A DNA stretch of 62,241 bases, filler included, from Rhabdomonas costata (lineage: Eukaryota), in the NCBI GenBank assembly GCA_019059605.1. It is 27 parts of 27 records of this genome, joined end to end, with 100 filler letters (N's around TTAATTAATTAA, not from the genome) between each part and the next. Parts side by side here need not be neighbours in the genome. Positions count along the whole stretch, not along the records: positions 48,502 to 50,709 come from JAHMHO010004837.1; positions 50,810 to 53,016 come from JAHMHO010004838.1; positions 53,117 to 55,321 come from JAHMHO010004839.1; positions 55,422 to 57,628 come from JAHMHO010004840.1; positions 57,729 to 59,935 come from JAHMHO010004841.1; positions 60,036 to 62,241 come from JAHMHO010004842.1; 21 more parts are not named here. One strand, given 5' to 3'. Positions 48,402 through 60,943 of the stretch are shown here, piece after piece; positions within the stretch are counted from its first letter, which is position 1, and every line of letters begins with the position of its first letter. The position numbers were made by a program, and so were the translations under genes. The notes beneath the pieces are model-generated. The model was given only the letters and a program-made list of their open reading frames with translations, had not been told where the DNA came from and made no database searches.

Positions 48402-48733
48402 NNNNNNNNNNNNNNNNNNNNNNNNNNNNNNNNNNNNNNNNNNNNTTAATTAATTAANNNNNNNNNNNNNNNNNNNNNNNNNNNNNNNNNNNNNNNNNNN
48501 NGGGTTTTCGCTAGAGATTGAGAAGACTCACTCTAGCGAGGTTAGCAATTCAACTAAATTCTGCCCCCAATGGAGACCGGAATTTCGCCAGGATTTGGAC
48601 ATCTGAAGGATGGATATTCCTAATTCTCCAATACCCGGGGGGGGGGTGATGGTGGTGGTGTTGGGGCGTCACCGAGGAATGAAACAAACGCCCGTTCCCC
48701 ACAAAAGGCCCCACAAACTGATCCAAGACGTGC

Positions 48734-50553
48734 CTGCTGTGGCGTGGGGAGGTCTTGCCCTTCCCTCAGCTCCACCAGTGTCCCCATGTGCGCCCTGGCG
48801 AAGTCCCAGGTGCAGGGCGTGGTGGTCACAGTGGCTCCGAAGAGCCCCAGCTTTAGCGGGGACGGCAGGCAGTCCAGGATGGCCTCCACCATAGAAGCCC
48901 CGCGCTTCAGCAGCGAGTCCGCCTCGTCCAGGATCAGGGTGGTACCCCCAGGACTGGTATCAAAGCAGAGCTTTGGCGGGGTGCTGCCTGGAGCAGAGAA
49001 GTTCCAGACAAAGGGGAAAAGGTGAAGCATAGGGTGGGACATACCCAAACATGGATGCGAACTGGGAAGGGGGCCGTAGAGAGAGGCCAAAGGCCACAAC
49101 AAACAAAAGGCAAAAATAGAAAAACGACAAACGAATCATTTAAGCATTAGCAAAACCAGTTGTGTTGACTAGATGACTCTTTTGTTGACAAGATGACTAC
49201 AAACTAGGTGATGGGGTGGGTGGGGAATCGCAAGTGACAAGCGGCAAGTCAAGGCTGACAAGTCTGGAGAGTTTTCATGGGCAAAAGGTGGATGTGATGA
49301 TGGCTCAACGTTTCTCATACTAACGTACGATGACCATAAAAACAAACTGGCTGAATTTTTTGCTCCAAAACTGACGGAAAAAATATAAGGCTGCGCCATC
49401 GGCACGGGTGCACAGGATTATGCTCACGATGGGAATAAGAATGCAGCGGGTAGGTTCGGTGTGTGGGGTATCACAGTCCATCACCACAACCACCATTCGA
49501 CAAAACCTGATTTTTTTTTGGACCAGATGCAGCTTGAATCCTAAAGACGCAGCAACCTGCCGCCTGATGCATCTGGCGAAGGTACAAGTGCAAGGTGTCC
49601 GGGGTGCACAGCAGCACATTCCCGCCGCCCCGGGGGGCCCGGGCATAGGCCTGCAAGTCCTGTGGCAGGGTGTTCTGACCATGCAGCACCGCCACCCTCA
49701 GGTTGAACGGTAGGGCTCGCAGCAGCTTCCGCGCCACCTCGGCGGTCTGCTCGGTGAGTGTGGTGGTGGGCGAAAGGATGACCGAGGACACTACCTTTGT
49801 CAGCCGAGGAAGACCTGAGCGATAGTGCACACCACACAGAGAGAGTACAGTCCTGTCTGTGGTGGCCATCACTCCCATCGTTGCAGGGTGGTCTTCAGTC
49901 AAACTCACCTCCACCACGTGAACCCCAGGCGAGTGGGACAAGGACAACCAGGTTATTTATAAGGTGGGTATGAAACCTGGGACTCTACCTAGTAAGCATA
50001 ACGGTGCTGAGCAGAGATGACTCACATCCGGAGCTCCGCCCATCGTCTTGGTTGCTAAGAGTCCACGCGGCAAACATCCCCCCCCTCCCCGATGCATAAG
50101 AAGTCATAAGGCAGCAAACAGTAAGACTGGGGTCTGGGGTGTGGCTAAGAAGGCACAGATGCGGGGCGACGTGGAATGAGCGGTGTGGTTGCCACATACG
50201 CACATTCAGGTTGTAAGCGAAAGTGAAAGTTCACCGGAAGCGACATAGAAACCATACCTTAAAAGGTCGAGAGATTTGTTCAAGAATGAAACATATATCC
50301 GAATGTCCGGTTTCTGTAGTGCAAACCTACTGATCGATTGAAACACTCGGAACAAAGGAGCAGGGAAAAAATATATCAGGTGATTAAAGGAATCGAGAGG
50401 CCGACAGTAATAGAATGAACAAGGCCAGGCAAGGGCAAGCGGAGATCTCGGGGGGCTCAAACCGGTGTCGCGCAGAATAGCGGTGTTCTCCCGCAGAAGT
50501 TTTTGCGCAATCGGAATGATGAAGCAGAGGGACTTACCAGAGCCAGTGCAGGC
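48734..50553 (-). CDS. Divergent DEAD-box RNA helicase (DDX55/Spb4-like), partial; exons 50553-50463, 49814-49557, 48987-48734
   Basis: ACTGSGKS, ILSPTTTL, LLCTPDTL, LILDEADSLL, GLFGAT; two phase-1 GT-AG introns. Confidence 0.85.
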
Positions 50554-53328
50554 CTGACAACAAAAAACCCATCTAACAATATTTCACCCCCATATCGGAG
50601 AGCATTTTACTTCCCAGGAGACAATGCCGGAGTTGAACAGACTTGGTAAACCAGACACGCCACCATCACTGCAAGGGGACATCCGCTAAAACTGAGAAAA
50701 CACCACACCNNNNNNNNNNNNNNNNNNNNNNNNNNNNNNNNNNNNNNNNNNNNTTAATTAATTAANNNNNNNNNNNNNNNNNNNNNNNNNNNNNNNNNNN
50801 NNNNNNNNNGTTGTTGTTTATTGTTCACGCGGACACATAGCGCATGAATAATAAACTTCAACTCTCACTGTCCAATCGGCTTGAATGTGTGGCACCCGCG
50901 TTTTTTTTACGGAGACATTAATTTTAGGTTGAAAGGGGCACATACCAAATAGTATGTGTTTCTGGGTATAAGTTCCCTTACTTAATCGGGATCGGATCGT
51001 GTGGTGTGTGGTCTGTTTGGATCGGGGGTTGACCCTGACTGTGTGATTTGGGAGCGGAATACACCAAAACAGGCCTGTGGATTTTGTACATGCAGCAGGC
51101 ATCCAGAAAACTCTGCGGGGCCGGTCCTTAAGGTGAGATGTCTGACCTTTCCCCCTCTGCCAGTTGTTCGTGCCTCTTGGCGGTATTTGCAGCAAATCAC
51201 ACATAGCACCCCTCACCCTATGCCGCACGGGGCCAGGCAAAATGGCTCTCGGCCGATAATGCCCCAAATACTCACTGTTGCTTGCCCTAGTTAGCGCAGG
51301 GCCGCTCTCGGCTTCTCCGGGGCACTGCCAGGCCTTCACTGTTAACTCAAAACTGCAACCCATGTTGAATGAGAAAAGAACCTAACCTTCAAATTCCCAT
51401 CGTTCAAAGTGGGACCAGACGCCAAGTATGACAGCTTCAGAGTACAAAAGCACACGGAAAACCCCTTTGACGCAGTCAGGAACCTACTACTTTTAACGTT
51501 CCACGGGACAAAGGTATTGCATTGGCATATGGGCACAACCACAAACATTTCACAGGCTGGACGTCCGTGCTTGTCCCCAAGGCGCCCCTTCCGTTAGCTG
51601 AGCCGCCTGCGCCTCTGCATGAATCCTGGCATGTCCTTCCCCCCCTCACCTTCATTCTACCCATAACAACGAAGGGAATACAAAGCGAGAGGTGGTAGGC
51701 ATTTATGGCCGTGGAAGGAGAACCAAGCCATCTGTGAGGATCTAATAAGGGGAGGAAAGTGCTCTCACACGCGGATGAATTTCTGTGTGCACCGCCATTT
51801 TTAGCCGAAAGTTTCCGACGAAACAGCCCCGAACAGTTGCTGAATGAAAAGTGCGAGAAAGTCAAAACGCTGGAAAGGCGTCACTTTGAGAATCCGCTTG
51901 CAGATGCTGCTCAGGATGGAGGCGTTCTGTTGCACGACCTTCCATCCCACCGCCACCGCCACCACCCTTCTCTTTTCTCTGCTCAAGCCGGAAAGGTTTA
52001 ATTCATCACTCGTTAGCGAAACTTTAAAGGCGCATTTGTGGCTTTTCAAACTGACATAAGGACAAGTCGATTTCTCCTCCTCTGAGACTGTGTGAGTCAG
52101 GTGGGAGGGTGCCTGCACCCAACCCAGCCACAAAGCAAACAAGATAAAGTACGTTACACCGTAAACTCAGAACCACAGAATTTTTCTTTTTTTTTTCAGC
52201 TGTTTTGTGCTTCCCAAGCAGAAAACCTACCCGTGTGAGGACCAAACTCCACACAACCCGCATGCGTGATGTGGAAGCATTCCCGCTGGGTGCAAAAATG
52301 GAAAATTTTCTTCCGCCTGCGGCGCTTAGCAACAGAAAACAAGACCTTTCCTTGAGATGGGTGCGGTCCAAGATGGCAGGGAGAGTCGCGGGACCATATA
52401 ACCATCCTGCTGAAGAAGATGGCAATCATATAGGGTCTGACGACTCCAGGTTGAAATACGTTACATACGTTCTTCTGAGTTTTGGGGTGTAACTATCCTT
52501 ACCATCTATGCAGTTTCGGTGCCGTTTTCCACGTCTTCAGAAAATAAACAACATCGCCAAGCAACACTTTGTACTGACTGGTGTGATTTCGTGGGCGTGC
52601 TCTGCGAAATTAGACGGAGTTGCGGTGTTCTTTTGGTTGTGGAGTGCAGTTTTTTTTTTCGCAGCCAAGGTGCGAGTCCTGGGAAGTGAAAGGGTCGGCC
52701 TGCTCTGAACTGCATTCTACGCAAGTGCAACCCTTGAACGTACATATGCGGTTCTTGTCCCGGTGCACGTTGAGCGAGACAACCCCCTTGTGCAAATCAT
52801 AGCTTGACGAAACGAGGCCCAGTGCTCCCCCTCCCTCCCTCCTCCAAACGCAACCCGCAACCCGCGTGGTGGACATTCCGCCAGTGGTCGGACAAACGCA
52901 ACCAACGACAGACATGTGAATGCGATGCGTTGCATGACGCTTGACTTGACGGCCATCCCACGACGACATCACTAGCCCGGACTTACCCCACCCCCAACCC
53001 CAAAACCACCCAACACNNNNNNNNNNNNNNNNNNNNNNNNNNNNNNNNNNNNNNNNNNNNTTAATTAATTAANNNNNNNNNNNNNNNNNNNNNNNNNNNN
53101 NNNNNNNNNNNNNNNNGTTGTTGGTGGGAGGGCCCCTTTCCTCCGCACACTGTGTGCGTGCCCCTACAGTTCAACTGCCTCGCTTCATAACAATCTCTCA
53201 TCTCGTTTCGTTTCCTTTAAATGACTAGCGCAGGTCGCTTTTTTTTTCACAAAGGGCATGCCGAGGTCATGCGTTTGTGCGCTTGTGCTTTTGCGTGTGC
53301 GTGTGTTTGCATGTGGGCAGGAGCACAC

Positions 53329-55250
53329 CAGAGAAGCTGTTCGCACCGACACCGATGACCATCACTGTGCCTGCACCCTCCTGCACGTCGGTGCCGCTGA
53401 TCACGAAGGGGTCCTTGTCAACACTCTTGTGCACCACGTCGGACTCCCCGGTGGCCGTGCTCTCGTCGATCCTGAGGTCCTGCCCCACCAGCAGCAGGCC
53501 GTCCGCGACAACCCGTTGCCCGCCTTCCAGCTGCAGCAGGTCCCCCAACACCACCTGGGTGGAGTCCACTGACACCGTCGCCCTGAGCGATGAAAGGGCA
53601 TAATTGAGCAAGAGAAAATGAACAGAAATACAGATACACAAAAACCAAAAAAGTGATGTGTGTATGGCCGAAGCAAATATGACGGTCTTCCAAATATCGC
53701 TATGGACATTTTTATTTCATGAACTGAAAATTATTGCATTGCCTTTTGCTCGGACATTTAATATTATCCGTGCTGGAGTCGTGACTCGTTTTGCTTGAAA
53801 TAAACTTTAATGAGATGCATAATGGCAAAATACAAAGTGTGAGCTGGCAAGACAAAATCATTGAAAACAGATAAAAAACCTCTGCGAGCTGTTGTCTAGA
53901 CAGCACGCCGTTATTCATGACATTGTCCAAAATCAAAGGATTGCAAAATCCGCACAAGCTCAGAGACGCCCCCACATTCCACTATGCATTGGATAGTGTT
54001 CCCACAGAAAAGTGTCTGCAGTTTTATGCATCCAAATCGCTATTAAGTGGAAACGTGTTCGCGTTTTGGCACTGTCATCGCAAAGTGCATGATTCCAAAG
54101 GGGCCAAAAGGGCCACAAGGAATCCCATACACATACAACGACAAGCAAAACGCGAGTGGGGAACAAACTCTACCGGCATAAGCACAACTGCGTCAACGAA
54201 CCAATCCACCAAGTGGTTGTGGGCAAAGCCAAACACATACAGCAAGAAAGCGGAAACGCCACCGCGTTCCGGGCCAGTTTCGATTTGGAAAAAAATCAGG
54301 CACCTGTGTGTTTGCCTGCCGATCGGACCTTTGGTCACCAGTTGGGGGGTGGGGTGATTGATGTGAAGGAAAATCTGGCAAAATCAGAACCGTAGTAACC
54401 TTGGATGGCGGGAGACGCAAGGGTTTGGTCCTCTCTCTTCCCCAAAGAACGAAAGTCATCATTTTGTCCCCCTAATACCAGCCTCATGTAGACAGAGAGC
54501 GAGAGCGAGAGAGAGAGAGAGAGAGTGTGTGTGTGTGTGTGTGTGGCTGAAGCACACCCGTCACGGATCACGTCGACCATCTGGGAGGCCTGCATCTTGC
54601 TCAGCTCGGCAAACTTCTTGCCCTTCTGGTAGTCATTGACGGAGCTGATCGACACCACCACGGCCACACTGATCAGAATGGCCGTGCCCTCGATCCATCC
54701 TGCGAAACCCACAACACGACACCATAGAAGTAATCGGAAGCATGCCACCTCGCACCCAAAAAAGCCACCGTGGGGGAGGTTGCACCCATCGTTCCAAAGG
54801 GTCCAGAGCAGCATTCATGAACCAAAGTGGATACTTCGACCGAAATGGCTCTCCAAGACTCTGGCCACGAGTCGGGGTGGGGGAGTACTCGAAACACAGA
54901 GTCAGGCTCCTTCCTTTAAAAACTCCACAACCACTCAGTTTTCAGCAATAACAGCCGACATTGGCCCCCAGCGAGAGTCCGAAAACTTTCGCAGTTCTTC
55001 GTGCTTCGGACAACGCCCAGCCCATACAGAAAATGTCCTCCAGACTGATAACAAGTGCAAGCGTGCGGGGCTGTAACCATGGAGAAGCATCGATCGTGGT
55101 ATTCCATTCAACAAAGCTCAAAGGGGGACGGTTCGCTGGAAGTATGACGACACGCGTACCCTTTGAGCGGTCCACTTCGCCCGTCTTGGGGTCGGCCATG
55201 GTCATGTCCAGCACGATCGAGACCACCGCGGCAACGAGTAGCAGCCGAAT
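53329..55250 (-). CDS. P2B-type Ca2+-ATPase (PMCA-like), partial; exons 55250-55160, 54699-54558, 53582-53329
   Basis: GWIEGTAILISV...SSVNDYQKGKKF, VIRDG, LRIDESTATGESD, DPFVISGTDVQEG, VGANS. Confidence 0.93.
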
Positions 55251-55607
55251 CTAAAGGGGAGCATGCAAACGAGGAAGGTGGGCGAACAGGTCCACAAAAA
55301 ACTGGATAGCAACAAAAAACCNNNNNNNNNNNNNNNNNNNNNNNNNNNNNNNNNNNNNNNNNNNNTTAATTAATTAANNNNNNNNNNNNNNNNNNNNNNN
55401 NNNNNNNNNNNNNNNNNNNNNGGTTTGTTGGTTATAATTTGGGAACAGACACTGTTGTCGGGTAATTCGGAGGTTGGCTTCGATTGGGGTTCACTGTACT
55501 CCGTTTTTTTCTTTAGAATCTCAGGGGGCTTGTGTTTCGCTGTCAGCAAAAATAATAATTCCACATCATTCGCCGGGGTGCTGCCTTGATTTCGGTGTGA
55601 TCCTTCG

Positions 55608-57494
55608 ATGACATCCTCCCCCTCGCCATCGCGTGCCTCGCTGGGGCGCAGTGAGTTCACTCCAACCCCTGCGCAGGAGCCCTTCCACAGAGAAACCACG
55701 GAGCTGCTGCTGCGGACCTTCTTCGGCTCGTCCGGGGCTGAGCCTCGGAGCGACGCCCCTGCGGAGTACTGGTTCCCTGCCACTCTGACACCGTGGCAGC
55801 GGCGGTGTGTTCACGCCATCGCGGAGACGATGAAGTTGCACCACGTCAGCAAAGGTCAATTAGGATTTTCGTGGGGGGGGGGCTCTTCCTCTTTCTGTGG
55901 CTTCCTTTCTTTCGCTGCCGAACCTGAAAAATGCAAATAGAAGACGTCATGAACGTTGAAGCACAAGCGCCCTGACCTGCGCACCCTGCACAGGAAGCCG
56001 TTTTTCATTTGAAGCTGGTTTGATCAGGCCTGTTTGGTCCGCGAGTCAATCAAGCTGTACTCAGTGTTTGCGGTTATTTCTGAGGAATATCATATTTCTG
56101 TCAGTTCTTGCAGATCTGGGGGGTGCCTCGCTCGACTACGTAAGACGCCCTTAATAACTATCTGTCGGAGCTCCAATTTTTCTTCACAATGCTTTTGGGC
56201 ATCTCCGGTGATAGGGGCAGTGCTAGGGAAAATATCTCTCTGTTTCAACTGGATGGCTCTGTCCCCTGCTGACAAAAAAGGCCCGGACATTCAGCGGTGT
56301 GTGGTGGTCTCTCGCGGTGCCTCCGAGACGGATGCTGCGGGAGCCTCGGACCCTGCAGAAAGCAACGCCACCCCCGCAGCCGTTACTGGGAGCAGTTCGG
56401 CTCGGAATAGCTTCCGGGAGTACGTCGCCCACGCGTTTGGGCTGCCTTTCGCGGCAACCAACAGCCCCTTCTTCGAGTTCTTCGCGGAGTGGTACGATCC
56501 CCTGCTGAAGTCCAAAGCTGTTGTGGAGGGCGTGACGCGGGACCTCGAGGCGTGCGGCGGTACGCCAGAGAGCGTGAGGGCCCATCTTGCGGTATGTGTG
56601 GCCTCCCAATTTCCGGATCGGGTTTTCTCTTCCACACAGCACAGTAGCGTTTGACGGGGGGGGGTCGCATGGCTGGTTTTCTTTTGGAGTGATTCTGAGT
56701 TTCGCAGAGTTACGCATGGAGCAAGCAGACGAAAGGGTTTTGACATCCATGGGAAGAACGGGGGCTGTGATGCACACTCGGAATAACAGTTGCAGAAAAG
56801 AAAGAAAAGAAAACGGTGCAGTGTGCTGTGACGTGTGACGATGGTGTCGTGCGCCAAGAGCTTGCTGATTAACGGTAGCAGGTATCCAACAAGTATCATC
56901 CTTCTAAAAGGTTAATTTGTAAGGACGTTTCTCACACCCTGTTTTGTAGTATGTCTGCCCATGGGGTGACTTGTCCTAACAGAGCTTCTCGCCGCCCATT
57001 GAAGCATCTCTTTTTTTTCTAAGGTACATTACAGAAACTCATAGTTAAGGATGTTACGAGATTCCAATTCAAGTTCTGCGAACGCTATAGAATGCCGCTG
57101 GCATCTATGCACAAATTTGTTTTAAACGCTTTCATGTAAAAGAAGTGCGCGTGTTCTGAGTTTACGGTGTCACGTGTGATGCTCGTCTCTCTTGTTCAGG
57201 TTTTCCTTCGTGAAATTCGTCATCTCTTTGTCATATCTGGTTATCTCTATCTTTCCATCTGGCAAACCCATCTCTGCTGTGGGGGCAGGGTGTGAAGAAA
57301 CAAGTGATTACCGCCGTGATGGCCACTCCTGCCTTCGAGGCCTTCCGAGACCCCACGCGGGTGGCTGCCGTGCTGCCTTTGGATAAACTCTGCACCTTCA
57401 GCCACGTGCTGCGTCTGAATCCCTACCACCCCAGCTGTGCGGGGCAGGTCTTCCTTAGCTTCGACCTGGCCAACGCAAACTTTAACTCGCTCCG
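55608..57494 (+). CDS. R3H-domain protein fused to an uncharacterised domain, partial; exons 55608-55854, 56281-56591, 57289-57494
   Basis: FPATLTPWQRRCVHAIAETMKLHHVSKGPDIQRCVVVSR is an R3H domain; junctions are GT-AG and in frame. Confidence 0.8.
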
Positions 57495-57728
57495 GTGTGC
57501 ATGTGCGAAACTTTTTTTGTATCCGCTATTCCGAGCACACTGCATTACTTTGAGTTGGGGCTCCAGTATGTGTCCCCTTGTCCCCGTCATCTCGTCCCTG
57601 CTTCGTGTGCTCACTTTCTTTGCTGCGANNNNNNNNNNNNNNNNNNNNNNNNNNNNNNNNNNNNNNNNNNNNTTAATTAATTAANNNNNNNNNNNNNNNN
57701 NNNNNNNNNNNNNNNNNNNNNNNNNNNN

Positions 57729-59622
57729 GGGGTGGCGGCGCCGCGCGGCGCGCTTCTCGGCCTTCCGCTTCGCCACCATCGCCATCTTCGTGTACACCAC
57801 AGCGTACCTGCGGCGAGTCAAACACCTTGGGCATATCTTGATACAGAGAGAAAAACTTCGGCAGAAAGGGCAGGCGGCGTTGTTCGGCAGCGCTTGTCGG
57901 AGTTGCAGGGCCAGAACGAAGGTTGCGCTGTACGGGTTACCGTTGTCAACGACGGGCGCATTAGGGGGGGTCAAAGAATGAAACATACCACCCATGAGCA
58001 AAAACAATCGCAACGCTGGCACGCAGGGATGTTGCGGATTTCGTATGCGGTGGGCAGGCAATACCCAAACACACCTAAAACCGCTCGTCTACGGTTGGAA
58101 AACAACTGGCGACACAGCGCTGCATGCGGTTTGCAGGTATTTCAGTACGGTAGGTTCCTGGGGTGATGAAAGCACGATGAGGGTGTGGGGAAACAACAGA
58201 TGCGATTTGTGTGCCGCGCTAGCTGATGCGTGTGTGCATGTTGATAAAAGCCCAAAAGGTGAGGGAGAACACACCCAAAAACGCACGCACGCACACACAC
58301 ACACACACAGACACACACCCGTCGAGGATCTTCTCGAGCTTCTGCAGCCACTTCGAGGTCAGGTGGATGTTGCTGAGCATCGCCCACCCGCCCTGGCTGA
58401 AGCATGTCTCCAGGGCGTTCTCCGCCACGGGCTCCTGGCCCTGGCCCAGGCTGACGTTGAAGAACTTGTTCTCCTCCTCCTTGAACCCGTACTTGATTCC
58501 CAGGGACTCCACGTCCTTCACCGGGTCCACTCCGGGACTCAGGATGAAGAACATCGGGGTGGTGGGGCCGGCATCCTGGAAGCTGATCTGTGGGGGCAAT
58601 GGGCGGATTTGGTCAGTTTGCACACCAGTACACACAGATGAACATATTCCCGCCCACACACCGTTGACCGATGTGGTGTGAAGCATTCATTGAGACGACA
58701 CAGCACTCTCTGAACACATGCCCGGGGAGAGGGGGAGGGGGCGCCCGCCCACCGCACCTCCAAGGCCACGGCCTGGTCACTGATGTAGTTCTTGCCCAGG
58801 TTCTCGTGAATGAACCGCTCTAGGGCAGCTGTCAGGCGGTCTGGCCGCAGGCAGCGCAAGACGAGCAACTTCTGGAAGCTGCTGAGGTTCTTCCAGTCCG
58901 TGGGCATCTTCTCGTCCTCGGGTTTCTCGGTCTCCGCCCAGAGCTTCCACCGGTTGTGCTCGCTCATGTCCGTGGGCAGGAGGTCGAAGCTGGGCGACGC
59001 CCCCTCAACCTCGGCCAGGGCCTGCACGGCGGCCCAGTTGGCCTCGGGGCACCACTCCGCCACAACCTCGGGGCGGTCCACCCCAAACTTCCGGGGCCCC
59101 CGGATCAGGAAGTTCAGCTGCTTCTCCTCCTGTCACCATGCGACCACGGACACATCCACATCATCGAGCAAGGAGGAGATGTCTTACAAGATGTGCTGAG
59201 GCTGAGGGGGGGAGAGAGAGACATTGCGTTTTTTCCAGGGAGAGGATTTCGGGGTAAGGTGCACAAGAAAAGGCCAGACACGGGCGGCATGACTCACTAA
59301 CCCCTCCCCTTTGGACGAATGCCACTTTCGGCCGGTAACTTGCCTGAATTCCAGTACCACGGCCGGGAAATCTACTGCAGTTTCAAGTGCACCCACCCAC
59401 GCGGACGCGACGCACCAGCTCCCCGCGCTTCTTCATGATGGAGATGCACAGCAGGGTGCTGAAGATCAGTTTGTGCTTCTCGAAAAGCCCGCGGGAGGTG
59501 AACGCAAACACGGTCTCAGTGATGCTGGTGATGATGTTGGCCACGCGGTCCGCCACGGTATCGCCGGGCTTAGCCTTGCGCAGGGCCTTGTTGAACACCA
59601 CCTCGAAGGCCTCCAGCGAGTA
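57729..59622 (-). CDS. Axonemal outer-arm dynein heavy chain (DNAH9/11/17-like), AAA6 region; exons 59622-59416, 59129-58758, 58587-58319, 57807-57729
   Basis: YSLEAF, SRGLFEKHKLIF, LRCLRPDRL, PMFFILSPGVDP, VSLGQGQEPVAE, GGWAMLSNIHL. Confidence 0.95.
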
Positions 59623-60040
59623 CTACCAGCGGGAAAAGAGATATGGAAAAAATCGCGCAGGAGATAGGCACCTCTCTTGAGGGGGGGGAGTTCCTGTTCC
59701 TACTGAAAGAGATTGCTGTTCAGAGTTTGAGACGCGAGTTCGAGACGATTTTTGAAAACACGAAAGGATGTGAATTGGGCTACACATAACACAAAAAGTG
59801 CGTCTGTGGGTTTGTGTCTGCTTGAAGGAAACCGCTTGCTTGTGAGTAAGCGGGCGAGCATGGAAGTGTAAGGCCGGCGAGAGAAGCCGCCATTCACAAG
59901 ACAGGCTGCAGCAGCTCGTCAAGGTCCAAAACAACNNNNNNNNNNNNNNNNNNNNNNNNNNNNNNNNNNNNNNNNNNNNTTAATTAATTAANNNNNNNNN
60001 NNNNNNNNNNNNNNNNNNNNNNNNNNNNNNNNNNNTTGTT

Positions 60041-60109
60041 TGGGGAACTTCTGAAATGGGCCACTTCTTTTCCCAGGGAAAAGAAGTGGCCCATTTCAGA
60101 AGTTCCCCA
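60041..60109. repeat. Perfect palindrome: 34-bp arms around a single A
   Basis: 60041-60074 is the reverse complement of 60076-60109. Confidence 0.95.
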
Positions 60110-60279
60110 CCGGACCGGAAGGAAGTGCTCCCTTGGGAAATTCCTCTCCACTTTAAATGCGGATCCAGCAGCATTAGCTCAAACGCAATCTAATTTTGTT
60201 TTCTATTTTGACATCTCTTGGCTCGTTGACCCGTTATTCCTCATTTGAGAATGAGGGTTTGTGTCCTTTCTGGCCATAG

Positions 60280-60943
60280 ACAAGGACGGATGTTCTCGGG
60301 CCTTCTCCAGCGCTTGCCGTTAGTTTGCCTCTCATACGGGATTTTTCTGGGCTCCTACGACACCTGGGTGTTCCACCGCCGGAGTGGTCATGGTGACCCC
60401 GTGTGGGACGTAGCGTTGGCCTGCTCCGCCCTGGGTTCCTTGGTGGAGACCGTTGGCGAAAACCTCCGCGTGCACATCGGTGGTCCAGCCAAACTTCCCT
60501 CCAGTTTTGCGCAGAGGGGATTATCCGGGACTCTGAAGCTCCTCACCAGCAACTACCTTGGCGCCTTCCCTATGATCCTCCTCCATGCCTGGACTGTTAT
60601 AACCTACAACTGGATGGTGGGGGGGCTGCGCTCCAGCGAGCAGGAGGAGCCCTCGCCGCCCTCGAAAGTCTGGCAGAAGTTTAAGAAGTTTGTCGGAAGC
60701 GGGTCACACCTGCCTGTGGAGGCGTACATTCCCAAGCCCACCCCATCCTCGCCTCGATCGCTGCTCTCCGTCCCTGACCTACCTCAGGTCTCGGCGCCCC
60801 GCAAGCCGAAGTCCATGCGCAGCATTGTCAAGGAGATTTCAGCCGCTGAGCCGCACGCGCCTGCTTCGCAGCAAAGTCCGCAAAAGGAGGCGAAGCAGAG
60901 GTCGTGGTGGAGTCTTTTGAACCCACTGTCGTGGTGGAAGTAG
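60280..60943 (+). CDS. Terminal exon of a hypothetical membrane protein with a Pro/Ser-rich tail
   Basis: About 220 open codons with GC-rich third positions and three hydrophobic stretches; ends in TAGTAG. Confidence 0.6.

Noticed and set aside
50810-53016. Short ORFs in this contig
   Set aside because: No recognisable domain or consistent exon chain.
2213-60035. Regularly spaced TTAATTAATTAA as a CRISPR-like or biological repeat
   Set aside because: Always embedded in N-runs; it is a concatenation linker.
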